Below, piece after piece: positions 53,347 to 62,354 of a stretch of DNA of 64,000 bases. Position 1 is the first letter of the stretch; each line of letters begins with the position of its first letter. A program made the translations under genes and the position numbers. Source of the stretch: Synechococcaceae cyanobacterium ELA739 (GTDB taxonomy: Bacteria > Cyanobacteriota > Cyanobacteriia > PCC-6307 > Cyanobiaceae); assembly GCA_037127935.1 (NCBI GenBank), contig JBAXXM010000006.1:86579-150578 (forward strand). Reading direction: 5' to 3'. The notes beneath the pieces were generated by a model. The model made no database searches and was not told the DNA's origin. It saw nothing but the letters and a program-made list of their open reading frames with translations.

Positions 53347-54413
53347 GGGTTCTGGTCACCGGTGGAGCGGGCTATATCGGCAGCCATGCGGTGCGGGCCC
53401 TGAGCCGGGCCGGCCACCAGCCGGTGGTGCTGGACAACCTGGTCTACGGCCATGCCGAGATCGTGCGCCAGACCCTGCAGGTGCCCCTGGTGGTCGGCCA
53501 GGTGGGTGATCGCCAGCTGCTCACGGACCTGCTGCGCGGCCACCATCCCGAGCTGGCCGGCACGGGCCTGGAGGGCAAACCGATCGAGGCGGTGCTGCAC
53601 TTCGCCGCCTATGCCTATGTGGGCGAGTCGGTCAGCGATCCGGCCAAGTACTACCGCAACAACCTGGGCGACACCCTCACCCTGCTGGAGACCCTGATCG
53701 CGGCGCCGCAGCAGGGCGCTGGAGCAAGCCAGAGCCCAGGCCCGATCCCGATCGTCTTCTCCTCCACCTGCGCCACCTACGGGGTGCCCCAGCTGGTGCC
53801 GATGACCGAGGACCATCCCCAGGCGCCGATCAATCCCTACGGGCGCAGCAAGTGGATGGTCGAGCAGCTGCTCAGTGATTTCGCCAGCGCCTATGGGCTG
53901 CCGAGCGTGATCTTCCGCTACTTCAACGCCGCCGGCGCCGATCCGGCCGGTGATCTGGGCGAGAACCACGATCCCGAAACCCACCTGATTCCGCTGGTGC
54001 TCGATGTGATGGGCGGCCGGCGCCCCTACCTGCAGATCTACGGCGACGATTACCCCACCCCGGATGGCACCTGCATCCGCGACTACATCCACGTCAGTGA
54101 TCTGGCCGATGCGCACGTGCTGGGTCTGGAGCGCCTGCTGAGGCTGCGGGAGCGCGACGAACCGGTCAAGGCGCCACTGATCTACAACCTGGGCAACGGC
54201 ACCGGCTATTCGGTGCAAGAGGTGATTGAGACCGCCAAGGCCGTCACCGGCCGGGGGCTCCTGGCCCATGTGGCCCCGCGCCGCGGCGGCGATCCGGCCC
54301 AGCTGGTGGCCGGCGCCAGCAAGGCCCATAGCGAACTGGGCTGGCGGCCCCGCTACCCCGAGCTGGCGACGATCATCGAACACGCCTGGGCCTGGCACCA
54401 GCGCGCCCACTGA
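53343..54413 (+). CDS. galE: UDP-glucose 4-epimerase
   Basis: GGAGYIGSH, HFAAYAYVGES, YGRSK, RYFNAAGA, DGTCIRDYIHV. Confidence 0.96.
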   Translation: MRVLVTGGAGYIGSHAVRALSRAGHQPVVLDNLVYGHAEIVRQTLQVPLVVGQVGDRQLLTDLLRGHHPELAGTGLEGKPIEAVLHFAAYAYVGESVSDPAKYYRNNLGDTLTLLETLIAAPQQGAGASQSPGPIPIVFSSTCATYGVPQLVPMTEDHPQAPINPYGRSKWMVEQLLSDFASAYGLPSVIFRYFNAAGADPAGDLGENHDPETHLIPLVLDVMGGRRPYLQIYGDDYPTPDGTCIRDYIHVSDLADAHVLGLERLLRLRERDEPVKAPLIYNLGNGTGYSVQEVIETAKAVTGRGLLAHVAPRRGGDPAQLVAGASKAHSELGWRPRYPELATIIEHAWAWHQRAH

Positions 54414-54427
54414 TCTGCACTGTCCGC

Positions 54428-54841
54428 ATGGCTCCCTTCAGCCCGCCGCCCTCACCCGAGCGCTTCTGGTCGGTGGCCAAGAATCTGCCCAGTGATCCGG
54501 ATCTGGGTCAGGGGCTTGACCCTGAAGCGCTGGCATCAGGCCTGCGCCAGCTGAGCCACAGCGAAGGTGTGCTGGCGCTGATTGTTTTCGGCTCCAGGGC
54601 ACGAGGCGAGGCTCGGCTCAGCTCCGATCTCGACCTGGCAGTGATCTGTCGGGAAGCCAGCCTGAGTCCTGAGATGAAGACCAGTCGCTGGGCTCAATAC
54701 CGCCAGGTTCTGGGAGCAGTCGGTCAAGATGTGGACCTTTTGGTGATGGGTCGGGCCGATGCGACGCGCATGGCTGGTTCCCGCTGGCATGTGATGGGCG
54801 ATGTCGCAAGGGAAGGACGAGTTCTCTATGCCGCCTGCTGA
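54428..54841 (+). CDS. Minimal nucleotidyltransferase (MNT) antitoxin-like protein
   Basis: VFGSRARGEARLSSDLDLAV. Confidence 0.9.
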   Translation: MAPFSPPPSPERFWSVAKNLPSDPDLGQGLDPEALASGLRQLSHSEGVLALIVFGSRARGEARLSSDLDLAVICREASLSPEMKTSRWAQYRQVLGAVGQDVDLLVMGRADATRMAGSRWHVMGDVAREGRVLYAAC

Positions 54842-55196
54842 AGATGCCCAGCTGTTGCTGAGGCTTGTGCAGCGCCATCTGCTGGCGATGGAGCTTAATC
54901 TTTCATCTCTTTATCCTGAAGAGGAGTGGGGCTTTCAAGCCCAACAGGCTCTGGAAAAGTTACTGAAGGCCAGCATCGTCCTCAGTAACAGGCAAGCGCC
55001 TCGAAGTCATGAACTTCAAAAACTCGCCAGCGATGCCGGCATCTGTCTGGCTGATGAGCTTCTCCAGCTCCAGGTGTTCGCGGTTGAGGCGCGCTACGAA
55101 GAAGGACCGTTCACTCTGCCTGCCAGCCGTGAGCATCTGCTGGCAGAACTGGAGTCGATGCTGGCTGGGCTGAAGAACGAAATCAATCAGACGTAG
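54828..55196 (+). CDS. HEPN-domain protein
   Basis: GFQAQQALEKLLKA, PRSHEL, EARY; overlaps MNT gene. Confidence 0.88.
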   Translation: MPPAEDAQLLLRLVQRHLLAMELNLSSLYPEEEWGFQAQQALEKLLKASIVLSNRQAPRSHELQKLASDAGICLADELLQLQVFAVEARYEEGPFTLPASREHLLAELESMLAGLKNEINQT

Positions 55197-55215
55197 GAAA
55201 CACAAGAAGCCGAGC

Positions 55216-56352
55216 TCATCGTTTGTGGATCCAAGGCCTGGCCAGCGGCTCACCGATGAACACCCCCTGATCCGGCATGGCGACGCTGCGCCAGTAGCTC
55301 TCGATCAGGGTGTCACCGCGGCGGTAGTAGCTCAGCAGCAGGCCCGGATCGGGGAACTTGGCGGGGAGGTTGCAGGGTTCGACCACGGTGCCGTAGCTGC
55401 CGGTGGCCCCGGCCTCCAGCCAGCCCAGGGCACTCATCTGGCCGTCGCCGCCATCGCCAGAGCGCCCCGAAGGACCGGTGAGCATGCCGCCGGAAGACGT
55501 GAGGTGATCAGCGACCGCGCCGGGACGGTAGTGGTTGCTCTGGATGCCCCGCACCACGGTCAACCCGGTGAAATAGGCGATCACATCGGGGGCAGCCTCC
55601 AAGGAATCCCCCCAGAGCCGCACCACCCGCAGGCGCCCGGACAAGGCCGAAGCCACGCCGGAAAAACCAGCTGCGCGGACGTTGCGAATCGGATCGGAGG
55701 TGCTGAGCATGTAGGCAGTGCCCGGTGGTCTGGTGCCATCGGCGGCAACGCCCCGATCAATCAAGGCTTGACCGGCTGCAACGCTGGTGGCCGCCAGCAA
55801 CATCGAAGGCCGCAGCCGCAGCTGATCCCAAGGCCGCCGTACATCGCCGCGGGCGAAATAGGGGCTCAGGTGAGCCGTGCCGCAACGGCCGCCACAGACC
55901 TCCGGCCGGTAGCCGAAGCTGAAGGCACTGGTGATCGACTGGCAGCCCACCCGCCAAGGCGCAGCCCAGGCCAGGGCATAGGCCTGCACCCGCTCCGGCG
56001 TCTGGCGCTCCACCTGGCGGCGGATGCGGCGAAACTCCGCCACTGGCATGGAGGTGCGGCCCGGCGCAAAGCGCACCCGGATCACCTGGTCGGCCTGGAT
56101 GTGCCGGGCCCGTTGGTAGTAACGGCCGATCGCCTCGCTGAGGGGATCGGCGCTGTTGATCACCAGGGCCAAGTGGCGGGCATCCAGCCCCCTGGACTCA
56201 TCCTGTTGGCCTCCCCGTCCTGGCCAGCCAGACATCCCTTCCAACCCAAGTGGCCGGCAGCCCCCCAGCGCCAGGGTGCCAACCCCCAGCAACAGCCTGG
56301 CCCAGGCACCGAGCCGAGTGATCCCCGTTCCGCTGCCCGTTGCGCGCTTCAT
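55216..56352 (-). CDS. TIGR03790-like lipoprotein (exosortase/PEP-CTERM-associated family)
   Basis: LALGGC lipobox, LALVINSADPLS..IGRYY, GAVADHLTS, GATGSYGTVVEPCN..KFP, ESYWRSV. Confidence 0.8.
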   Translation of the reverse strand: MKRATGSGTGITRLGAWARLLLGVGTLALGGCRPLGLEGMSGWPGRGGQQDESRGLDARHLALVINSADPLSEAIGRYYQRARHIQADQVIRVRFAPGRTSMPVAEFRRIRRQVERQTPERVQAYALAWAAPWRVGCQSITSAFSFGYRPEVCGGRCGTAHLSPYFARGDVRRPWDQLRLRPSMLLAATSVAAGQALIDRGVAADGTRPPGTAYMLSTSDPIRNVRAAGFSGVASALSGRLRVVRLWGDSLEAAPDVIAYFTGLTVVRGIQSNHYRPGAVADHLTSSGGMLTGPSGRSGDGGDGQMSALGWLEAGATGSYGTVVEPCNLPAKFPDPGLLLSYYRRGDTLIESYWRSVAMPDQGVFIGEPLARPWIHKR

Positions 56353-56398
56353 GGCTCCATGCTGACGCGGCAAGCTACGCCTGCCTGTTCAGGTCCCG

Positions 56399-56521
56399 GT
56401 GGAGACCAACAATCGATCCACCGCTAATACAACTGCTACCCATATCAGTATCAGTTACCTGCCCTGTTTCCAGCAGCTCCGATCGCGACTGGAGCAGCGC
56501 CAGCAAGCAGAGCAGTCATGA
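56399..56521 (+). pseudogene. C-terminal remnant of an HI0074-like HEPN partner
   Basis: VETNNRSTANTTATHISISYLPCFQQLRSRLEQRQQAEQS*, stop overlapping the ATG of the downstream MNT. Confidence 0.4.
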
Positions 56522-56847
56522 GCACGACGACCGCCTCAGGAGCGCCCATTCCCGGTATCCCCCAATCTCGTCAGAGGCAGCTGGAACTGCTCTTTGCTGC
56601 CCAGCCACGGCTGGAGTCCGTCTGGTTGTTCGGCTCCAGGGCGATGGAACGTCATCGGGAAGGATCCGATATTGATCTGTGCCTGGAAGGTGATGCTCTC
56701 GCTCCACTCGATCGTCTCCGGTTGATGGTCGCCGTTGACGAGCTGCTGCTGCCCTGGCAGGTGGATCTGGTGCTGAAGCAGGAACTGCCCCAAGAGCTTC
56801 TGGATCACCTGCAGAGGGTGGGCCGACGCATCTGGTGGAGGGCTTGA
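56518..56847 (+). CDS. Orphan minimal nucleotidyltransferase
   Basis: VWLFGSRAMERHREGSDIDLCL, LLLPWQVDLV. Confidence 0.88.
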   Translation: MSTTTASGAPIPGIPQSRQRQLELLFAAQPRLESVWLFGSRAMERHREGSDIDLCLEGDALAPLDRLRLMVAVDELLLPWQVDLVLKQELPQELLDHLQRVGRRIWWRA

Positions 56848-56883
56848 AGTGACAGGCCAACGCACCATGGGAAAACAGCAACA

Positions 56884-57765
56884 ATGAGCGATCGCTTGCC
56901 TGTAGAGAACTGGGTCCTGGAACTGCTGCAGTGTCCAGATTGTGGCCACAACTTGAATGGCAAAGACAGCAGCTGGAGCTGTTCAGCCTGTGGTTTTGCA
57001 TCGCTCCATGCCCGCGATCTGCATGCGCAGTCTCCTTCGCCCATGACCCTCAGCCTGGCCAGAAAAGCCAGCTTTGCCCCACAGCAATGGCTTCTCGAGC
57101 GACCCACTTCGGCACCAGAATCGACCTATCGCGGCCCGGCCGCACTCAGGGACTCAACCGCTTTCCTTTCGGTGATGCAGGAGCAGCTGCCAGATCCAGC
57201 AAAGATGCTGGATCTGGGTTGTGGACCGAAGGATCAGAAAGCACCGATCGAGCATCTCGGTCATCAGTATCTCGGCGTCGACTTCGATTCGCAGCAGGCT
57301 GATCTGTTGGTGGATGCCCATGCCTTGCCGTTTCAATCGCAATCCTTTGACTGCATCTTTTCCTATGCCGTGTTGGAGCATCTGCACAACCCGTTTGTGG
57401 CGATGACTGAAATCGCCAGGGTGCTCAAGCCCGGTGGCCTATTCCTGGGCACGGTGTCCCAGGGAGAGCCGTTTCATGCCTCCTACTTCCACCACACGGC
57501 CTGGGGTCTGCTTTCGTTGCTGAGCCAGGTGCCGCAATTGAGTCCGAAGCGCCTCTGGCCCGCCATCGACACCCTCGACTCCCTGGCCAGCATGGGGCGC
57601 TATCCCAAGCCGATCCGCCAGGGCTTGGGGGCATTGGCGCGTCTGCACACGTCAGTCCCGCAGTTAGCACCCCGCAAAGCGCGTTGGCCAGAGAAGGAGC
57701 GGGAGATTGATGCGATCCATCGCGCTGGATCCATCGCTTTTGTGATAAAAAAGGTGGAGGCATGA
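56884..57765 (+). CDS. Class I SAM-dependent methyltransferase with N-terminal Zn-ribbon (Trm112-like)
   Basis: LQCPDCG..CSACG; LDLGCG; DAHALPF; VLEHL; RVLKPGG. Confidence 0.88.
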   Translation: MSDRLPVENWVLELLQCPDCGHNLNGKDSSWSCSACGFASLHARDLHAQSPSPMTLSLARKASFAPQQWLLERPTSAPESTYRGPAALRDSTAFLSVMQEQLPDPAKMLDLGCGPKDQKAPIEHLGHQYLGVDFDSQQADLLVDAHALPFQSQSFDCIFSYAVLEHLHNPFVAMTEIARVLKPGGLFLGTVSQGEPFHASYFHHTAWGLLSLLSQVPQLSPKRLWPAIDTLDSLASMGRYPKPIRQGLGALARLHTSVPQLAPRKARWPEKEREIDAIHRAGSIAFVIKKVEA

Positions 57766-59684
57766 AGAGGAAGAACGTCTCAGCCTGGCCTGCGCTTCTG
57801 GTGCTGAAAAATACTTTGCGCCCCTTTTTGGCGCCGGTTTTGGATTCCTCCCCAGCGGCTCGCCTGATCCGCCAGTCGGCCCGCCGCCAGTGGAAGTTGC
57901 TGGTCACCAGCGTGGGATCGGGGCTGCTGGGTTCGCTGAGTGAAGGCGGCACCCTGGGGGTGATCTTTCTGGCCGTCGGTCTGATGACCAGCAAGACGAC
58001 GGTCACCCTGGCCAAGTTGCCGGCTCTGCAGGGGATGCCCTGGCTGAAAGGAGTGCTCGATAGCCTTGGCCATTGGCCCAGCGAACTTAGCTTCCTGTTG
58101 TTGCTGGCCCTGGCGGTGGGTTTGCAGGTGCTGGTGAGCCTCTGCAATTATCTTAACGGTGTGGCCAGCGGCTATTTCGGTGCCAGGCTTAGCCGCGAGG
58201 TCACGGCACTACTGAATCGCAGGATCCTCAGTTTCAACTATGCCTGCGCCAGCAGTTACCGGGTTGGTGATCTGCTTGATTATGCTGCGGGTGCAGGTCA
58301 GACAGTCCAGAACCAGATCAACCTCGCCAATGGGTTGCTGCTCAACATCATGATGTTGGCTGTTTACCTCGGCATTTTGATCACCATCTCGCCCTGGCTG
58401 CTGTTGGTGGCGATCCTGCTGGCCGGTGCGCTAACAGCTGTACAACGGGTGCTAATACCACGTATTCGTACGAATGCCTACGAGCGCCAAGTCGTAGCGG
58501 TGGAAATCGGCAGTCGCATCACCGAAAACATCCAGGGTTTGCGGCTCTTGCATACAAGCGGTGGCTTAAAAGCGGCAGCCACTTATTTTGAATCTTTGCT
58601 TGGCGAGGACGAACGGGTCAAGCGCCGCAGCGCCCGGCTGGAAACCATCATCTCCCCGCTGTCTGCCTTGCTGCCGATCGTGGCCATCGCCCTGATCGCA
58701 GCTTTCAGCGTGGTGGTGTTCGCTAACCGGGCCAGTGGGGTTCTGCCAAGTCTGGTGACCTTTGTGTTGGCGCTCCAACGCCTCAACGTGCGCCTCAGCG
58801 CTCTGGCCAACCTGGCCACTGGCTATGCGAGCAGCACGGCCCAAGTCAAGCGGCTGAATACAATTCTTGCCGATTCGGACAAGCAATTCGTACGTCAAGG
58901 GGGGCTCTCATTCAAGCGGTTGCAGGGCGACATCCGGCTGGCCAATGTCAGCCTCCGTTATTCCTCTGACCTTCCCTATGCCCTCCAGGGCATTGAGCTG
59001 GTCATCCCCAAAGGTCAGACGGTGGCTTTGGTGGGGGCTAGCGGCGCCGGCAAAAGTTCAATCGCCGACCTGCTGGTCGGGCTCTACGTGCCCAGCCAAG
59101 GGGCAATTCTTATTGATGGGATGGACCTGCGAGAGCTGGATCTGGCCAGTTGGCAGCAGCATTTGGGCGTGGTGAGTCAGGACACGTTCCTGTTCAATGC
59201 CACCATTGCCCAGAACATTGCCTACGGCAGCCCCCACGCCGATCCCCAGGCCATCGAGGACGCGGCTCGCATGGCCCAGGCGGCGGGCTTCATCGAGGCC
59301 CTACCCAATGGCTACGACACCCTGGTGGGAGAGCGCGGCTACCGGCTCAGTGGCGGCCAGCGGCAGCGGCTTTCTTTGGCAAGAGCCCTGCTGAGGCAGC
59401 CTGAACTCCTCATCCTGGACGAGGCAACCAGTGCCCTGGATTCCCAAAGTGAGCGCCTGGTGCAGGAGGCGCTTGAGAGCTTTGAGCATGGTCATACGGT
59501 CCTGGTGATCGCCCACCGGCTGAGCACGATCGTCAATGCCGATCTGATCTGTGTGATGGAGCAGGGGCGCATCGTCGAGCGGGGTCACCATGGCCAACTA
59601 CTGCAGCAGGGAGGTCGCTATGCATCGCTCTGGCAGCAACAGATCAGCCAGCGAAAGTCGCTGGAAGTTTCCAACCAGGCCTAG
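57762..59684 (+). CDS. ABC exporter, TMD+NBD (HepA/MsbA-like)
   Basis: TM domain; [31 protein letters not shown]. Confidence 0.95.
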   Translation: [640 protein letters not shown]

Positions 59685-59719
59685 GTTCATCCAAGACAGG
59701 CCGACCGCAATACTCAGTC

Positions 59720-60124
59720 ATGGGCTTGATCCGAGGCGTTTTTATCCTCTCCAATCCCTCCAAGCCCGAGTTGGCCTCGGTTGAGGTGTCTGCTCTGGCG
59801 GATACTGGAGCTGTCCATCTCTGTATCCCCGAGCACTTGGCGATTCAGCTGAGCCTGGCGGAACTGGAGCGGCGCGAGGTGGTGTTGGCCGATGGCCACA
59901 GGCGCAGCGTTCCTTATGTCGGTCCGGTGGAGGTTCGCTTCAAAAATCGCCGCTGCTTCACCGGTGCCATGGTGCTTGGTCATGAGGTGTTGCTAGGCGC
60001 GATTCCGATGGAGGACATGGACTTGGTGCTGCGCCCCCAACTGCAGAGCGTGGATGTGAATCCGGAAAGTCCCAATATCGCTGTCAGCCTGGCGAAGACA
60101 AGCGGCGCTGGTTGGTTGCTCTAG
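59720..60124 (+). CDS. Clan AA (retropepsin-like) aspartyl protease, copy 1
   Basis: ALADTGA catalytic motif; LADG; VLLGAIPMEDMDL. Confidence 0.88.
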   Translation: MGLIRGVFILSNPSKPELASVEVSALADTGAVHLCIPEHLAIQLSLAELERREVVLADGHRRSVPYVGPVEVRFKNRRCFTGAMVLGHEVLLGAIPMEDMDLVLRPQLQSVDVNPESPNIAVSLAKTSGAGWLL

Positions 60125-60149
60125 GGTTTAGTTCTGATCAGGAGAGGGT

Positions 60150-60812
60150 ATGACGCTTGCTAGCAATCCATCTCCGCCCAGTTCAACTGAAGCTGCCCCT
60201 GCAATGGGCCCTCTGCTCCTTCCGCAGGAGCTTCAACTCACGCCTGAGCAGTTCGTGTTGCTCTGCGCTGCCAATCCAGAAGCGGTTCTTGAACTCGACG
60301 CCCAAGGCCATCTGATCAACATGACCCCTACCGGCGGTGACACCGGATCTCGCAATTCGCGTCTGTTGATGCGTCTGCTGCTCTGGGCCGATCGAACGGG
60401 CGGCTGGAAGGTGTTCGATAGCTCTACCGGCTTTCGCCTTCCCGATGGCTCCGTCCTCAGCCCCGATGCCTCTCTGGTAAGCCTGGAGCGCTGGCAGGCC
60501 CTGACCCCCGAACAGCAACGCGGCTTCCCTCCTCTCTGTCCTGATCTGGTGGTGGAGCTGGCCAGCCCCAGTGACGAAGGTCCCAGAGGAGTTGCAGCCC
60601 TGCGGCGCAAGCTGACCGCCTATCAACTCAATGGCGCTCAGTTGGGCTGGCTGTTGTTGCCGCAGGAGCAGGTGGTGGAAGTCTGGCTAGGTCGTCAGTC
60701 CCCAGAAGCACCCCTACCAGAACCCCAGCGGCTGGAGGGCGTCACAGAGCTGGATGGCGGCATGGTGTTGCCTGGTCTGCTGCTGGATCTTGAGGAGATC
60801 TGGCGGGGGTGA
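60150..60812 (+). CDS. Uma2 (DUF820) family endonuclease, copy 1
   Basis: FDSSTGFRLPDG..SPDAS, CPDLVVELASPSD, LGWL. Confidence 0.93.
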   Translation: MTLASNPSPPSSTEAAPAMGPLLLPQELQLTPEQFVLLCAANPEAVLELDAQGHLINMTPTGGDTGSRNSRLLMRLLLWADRTGGWKVFDSSTGFRLPDGSVLSPDASLVSLERWQALTPEQQRGFPPLCPDLVVELASPSDEGPRGVAALRRKLTAYQLNGAQLGWLLLPQEQVVEVWLGRQSPEAPLPEPQRLEGVTELDGGMVLPGLLLDLEEIWRG

Positions 60813-60884
60813 GTCTGGAACCTGTGAAATGTTGTCGTCATCACCGCTGTCTCTGGGCTTCATGTCTTCTCTGTCTATCCCTAC

Positions 60885-61354
60885 TTGCCAACAACATCGC
60901 CTATTGAACCGCCAGCGCTGATCGCGAGGCCATCGAGTGCGTTGCCCGCTTGGCCCAGGCGGCGGTGTTCATCGAGGCTTTACCCATTGGCTAGGACACC
61001 CTTGTTGGGAAGTGCGGCTACCGGCTTAGCGGCGGCCAGAGGCAACGGCTTTCGTTGGCAAGAGCTTTGCTGAGGCAGCCAGAACTGTTGATCCTTGATA
61101 AAGCCACCAATGTCCTGGATTCTCATCGTGAGCGCCTAGTGCAGGAGGCGATCAAGCGCTTTGAGCCGGTCCATACGGTGCTGGTGATCGCCCACCGGCT
61201 GAGCACGATGGTGAATGCAGATCTGATCTGTGTGAATGAGCAGGGTCGGATCATTGAGCGTGGCAGCCATCAGGAGATGCTTGAGCGGCATGGCCGCTAT
61301 GTGTCGCTCTGGCAGCAGCAGATCCAGCAGCGCAAACCGGCGCTGAAGGCCTGA
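60885..61354 (+). pseudogene. Second ABC-exporter 3' end, inactivated
   Basis: NIAY*...[42 protein letters not shown]; stops at 60905 and 60992; Walker B DE changed to DK. Confidence 0.9.
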
Positions 61355-61409
61355 ATCCGTTGCCCATCCTCTTGTCAGCCAGCGCTCGCCGCTTCAGTAA
61401 CCGTCGCCT

Positions 61410-62354
61410 GTGAACACTGACCGCTGGTACTACCGGGTCTTCCAGAGTGCCCCCGACCTGATTCGCGCGCTGCTGCCCGGCTCAGCCGCCGCCTCTACCG
61501 CATTCAGCCTCGACCCGGCCGCTCCCGGGGATCGCCTCTACCGCTTTGAAGCCCTCGAGATCAAAGAGCTGAGCCACCGCCTCGACGGCGTGCTCTGGCC
61601 GAGGGAAAGCACCGGCTGCGCCGAAACCGGCAGCCCCGAATTCCCAGTGGTGCTGCTTGAAGTGCAGATGCACCCGGATCCAGGCTTCCACCACCGCCTG
61701 GCAGCGCAGACCTATCGGTTTCTGCAGCAGCAGCCCCAAGTGGAGCACTGGGCGGTGCTGGTGATCACGCCCCACAGCCGCCTCAGGCTCGGGCCCACCC
61801 AGGCGCTGCAGGTGTTCCTGGATCAACAGGTGGTGTGGCTCAACCTGGAAGAGCTGAGCCAAGAGACCAACCTGGATCCGCTGCTGAACCTGCTCACATT
61901 GCCAGTGCGACCTGAGAGCGAGCTGCCGGCTTGCAGTCAGCAGATCCTCGCCAGCCGCCCGGATCTGGACTCGGTAGTCCTTCCTATGCTGGTCCAACGT
62001 TTTCCCCAGCTCAGCGAGGCAGAAATCATGGTGATCGCCGGTATTCCCCGCGAAGAGATTCGCCATACCAGGGCGGTGCAGGACTGGTTGGCAGAAGGCC
62101 GCCAAGAAGGCCGCCAAGAAGGGCTGCGGGAGGGCGAAGCCCGTGGCGAGGCCCGCGGCGAAGCCCGTGGCGAGGCCCGCGGCGAGGCCAAAGTCACCCT
62201 CCGCCTCCTCAACCGCCGCTGCGGCCCCCTCACAGGCACCACCACCGCCCAGATCCAGGCCTTACCAGTGGATCAGTTGGAAGCCCTGGCCGACGCGCTG
62301 CTCGACTTCCAGGGACCGGCCGACCTGGCGGCCTGGCTGGCTGCGAACACCTGA
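61410..62354 (+). CDS. Rpn-family PD-(D/E)XK nuclease (DUF2887 + DUF4351-like tail)
   Basis: MNTDRWYYRVFQ, HRLDGV, LLEVQ, EG[RE]xxG repeats, QLEALADALLDF. Confidence 0.88.
   Translation: MNTDRWYYRVFQSAPDLIRALLPGSAAASTAFSLDPAAPGDRLYRFEALEIKELSHRLDGVLWPRESTGCAETGSPEFPVVLLEVQMHPDPGFHHRLAAQTYRFLQQQPQVEHWAVLVITPHSRLRLGPTQALQVFLDQQVVWLNLEELSQETNLDPLLNLLTLPVRPESELPACSQQILASRPDLDSVVLPMLVQRFPQLSEAEIMVIAGIPREEIRHTRAVQDWLAEGRQEGRQEGLREGEARGEARGEARGEARGEAKVTLRLLNRRCGPLTGTTTAQIQALPVDQLEALADALLDFQGPADLAAWLAANT
62094..62189 (+). repeat. 12-nt coding tandem repeats (EGRQ/GEAR)
   Basis: GAAGGCCGCCAA x2; GGCGAGGCCCGC-like x4. Confidence 0.85.

Larger units (their letters stand above)
59388..60812 (+). repeat. 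Direct repeat unit A (ABC tail-protease-Uma2)
   Basis: Homologous to about 62497-63923; offset 3111 bp over protease and Uma2. Confidence 0.92.

Noticed and set aside
61410-62354. Calling the Rpn gene a transposase or IS
   Set aside because: No DDE/HUH motifs, terminal inverted repeats or target duplication seen; the family label is historical
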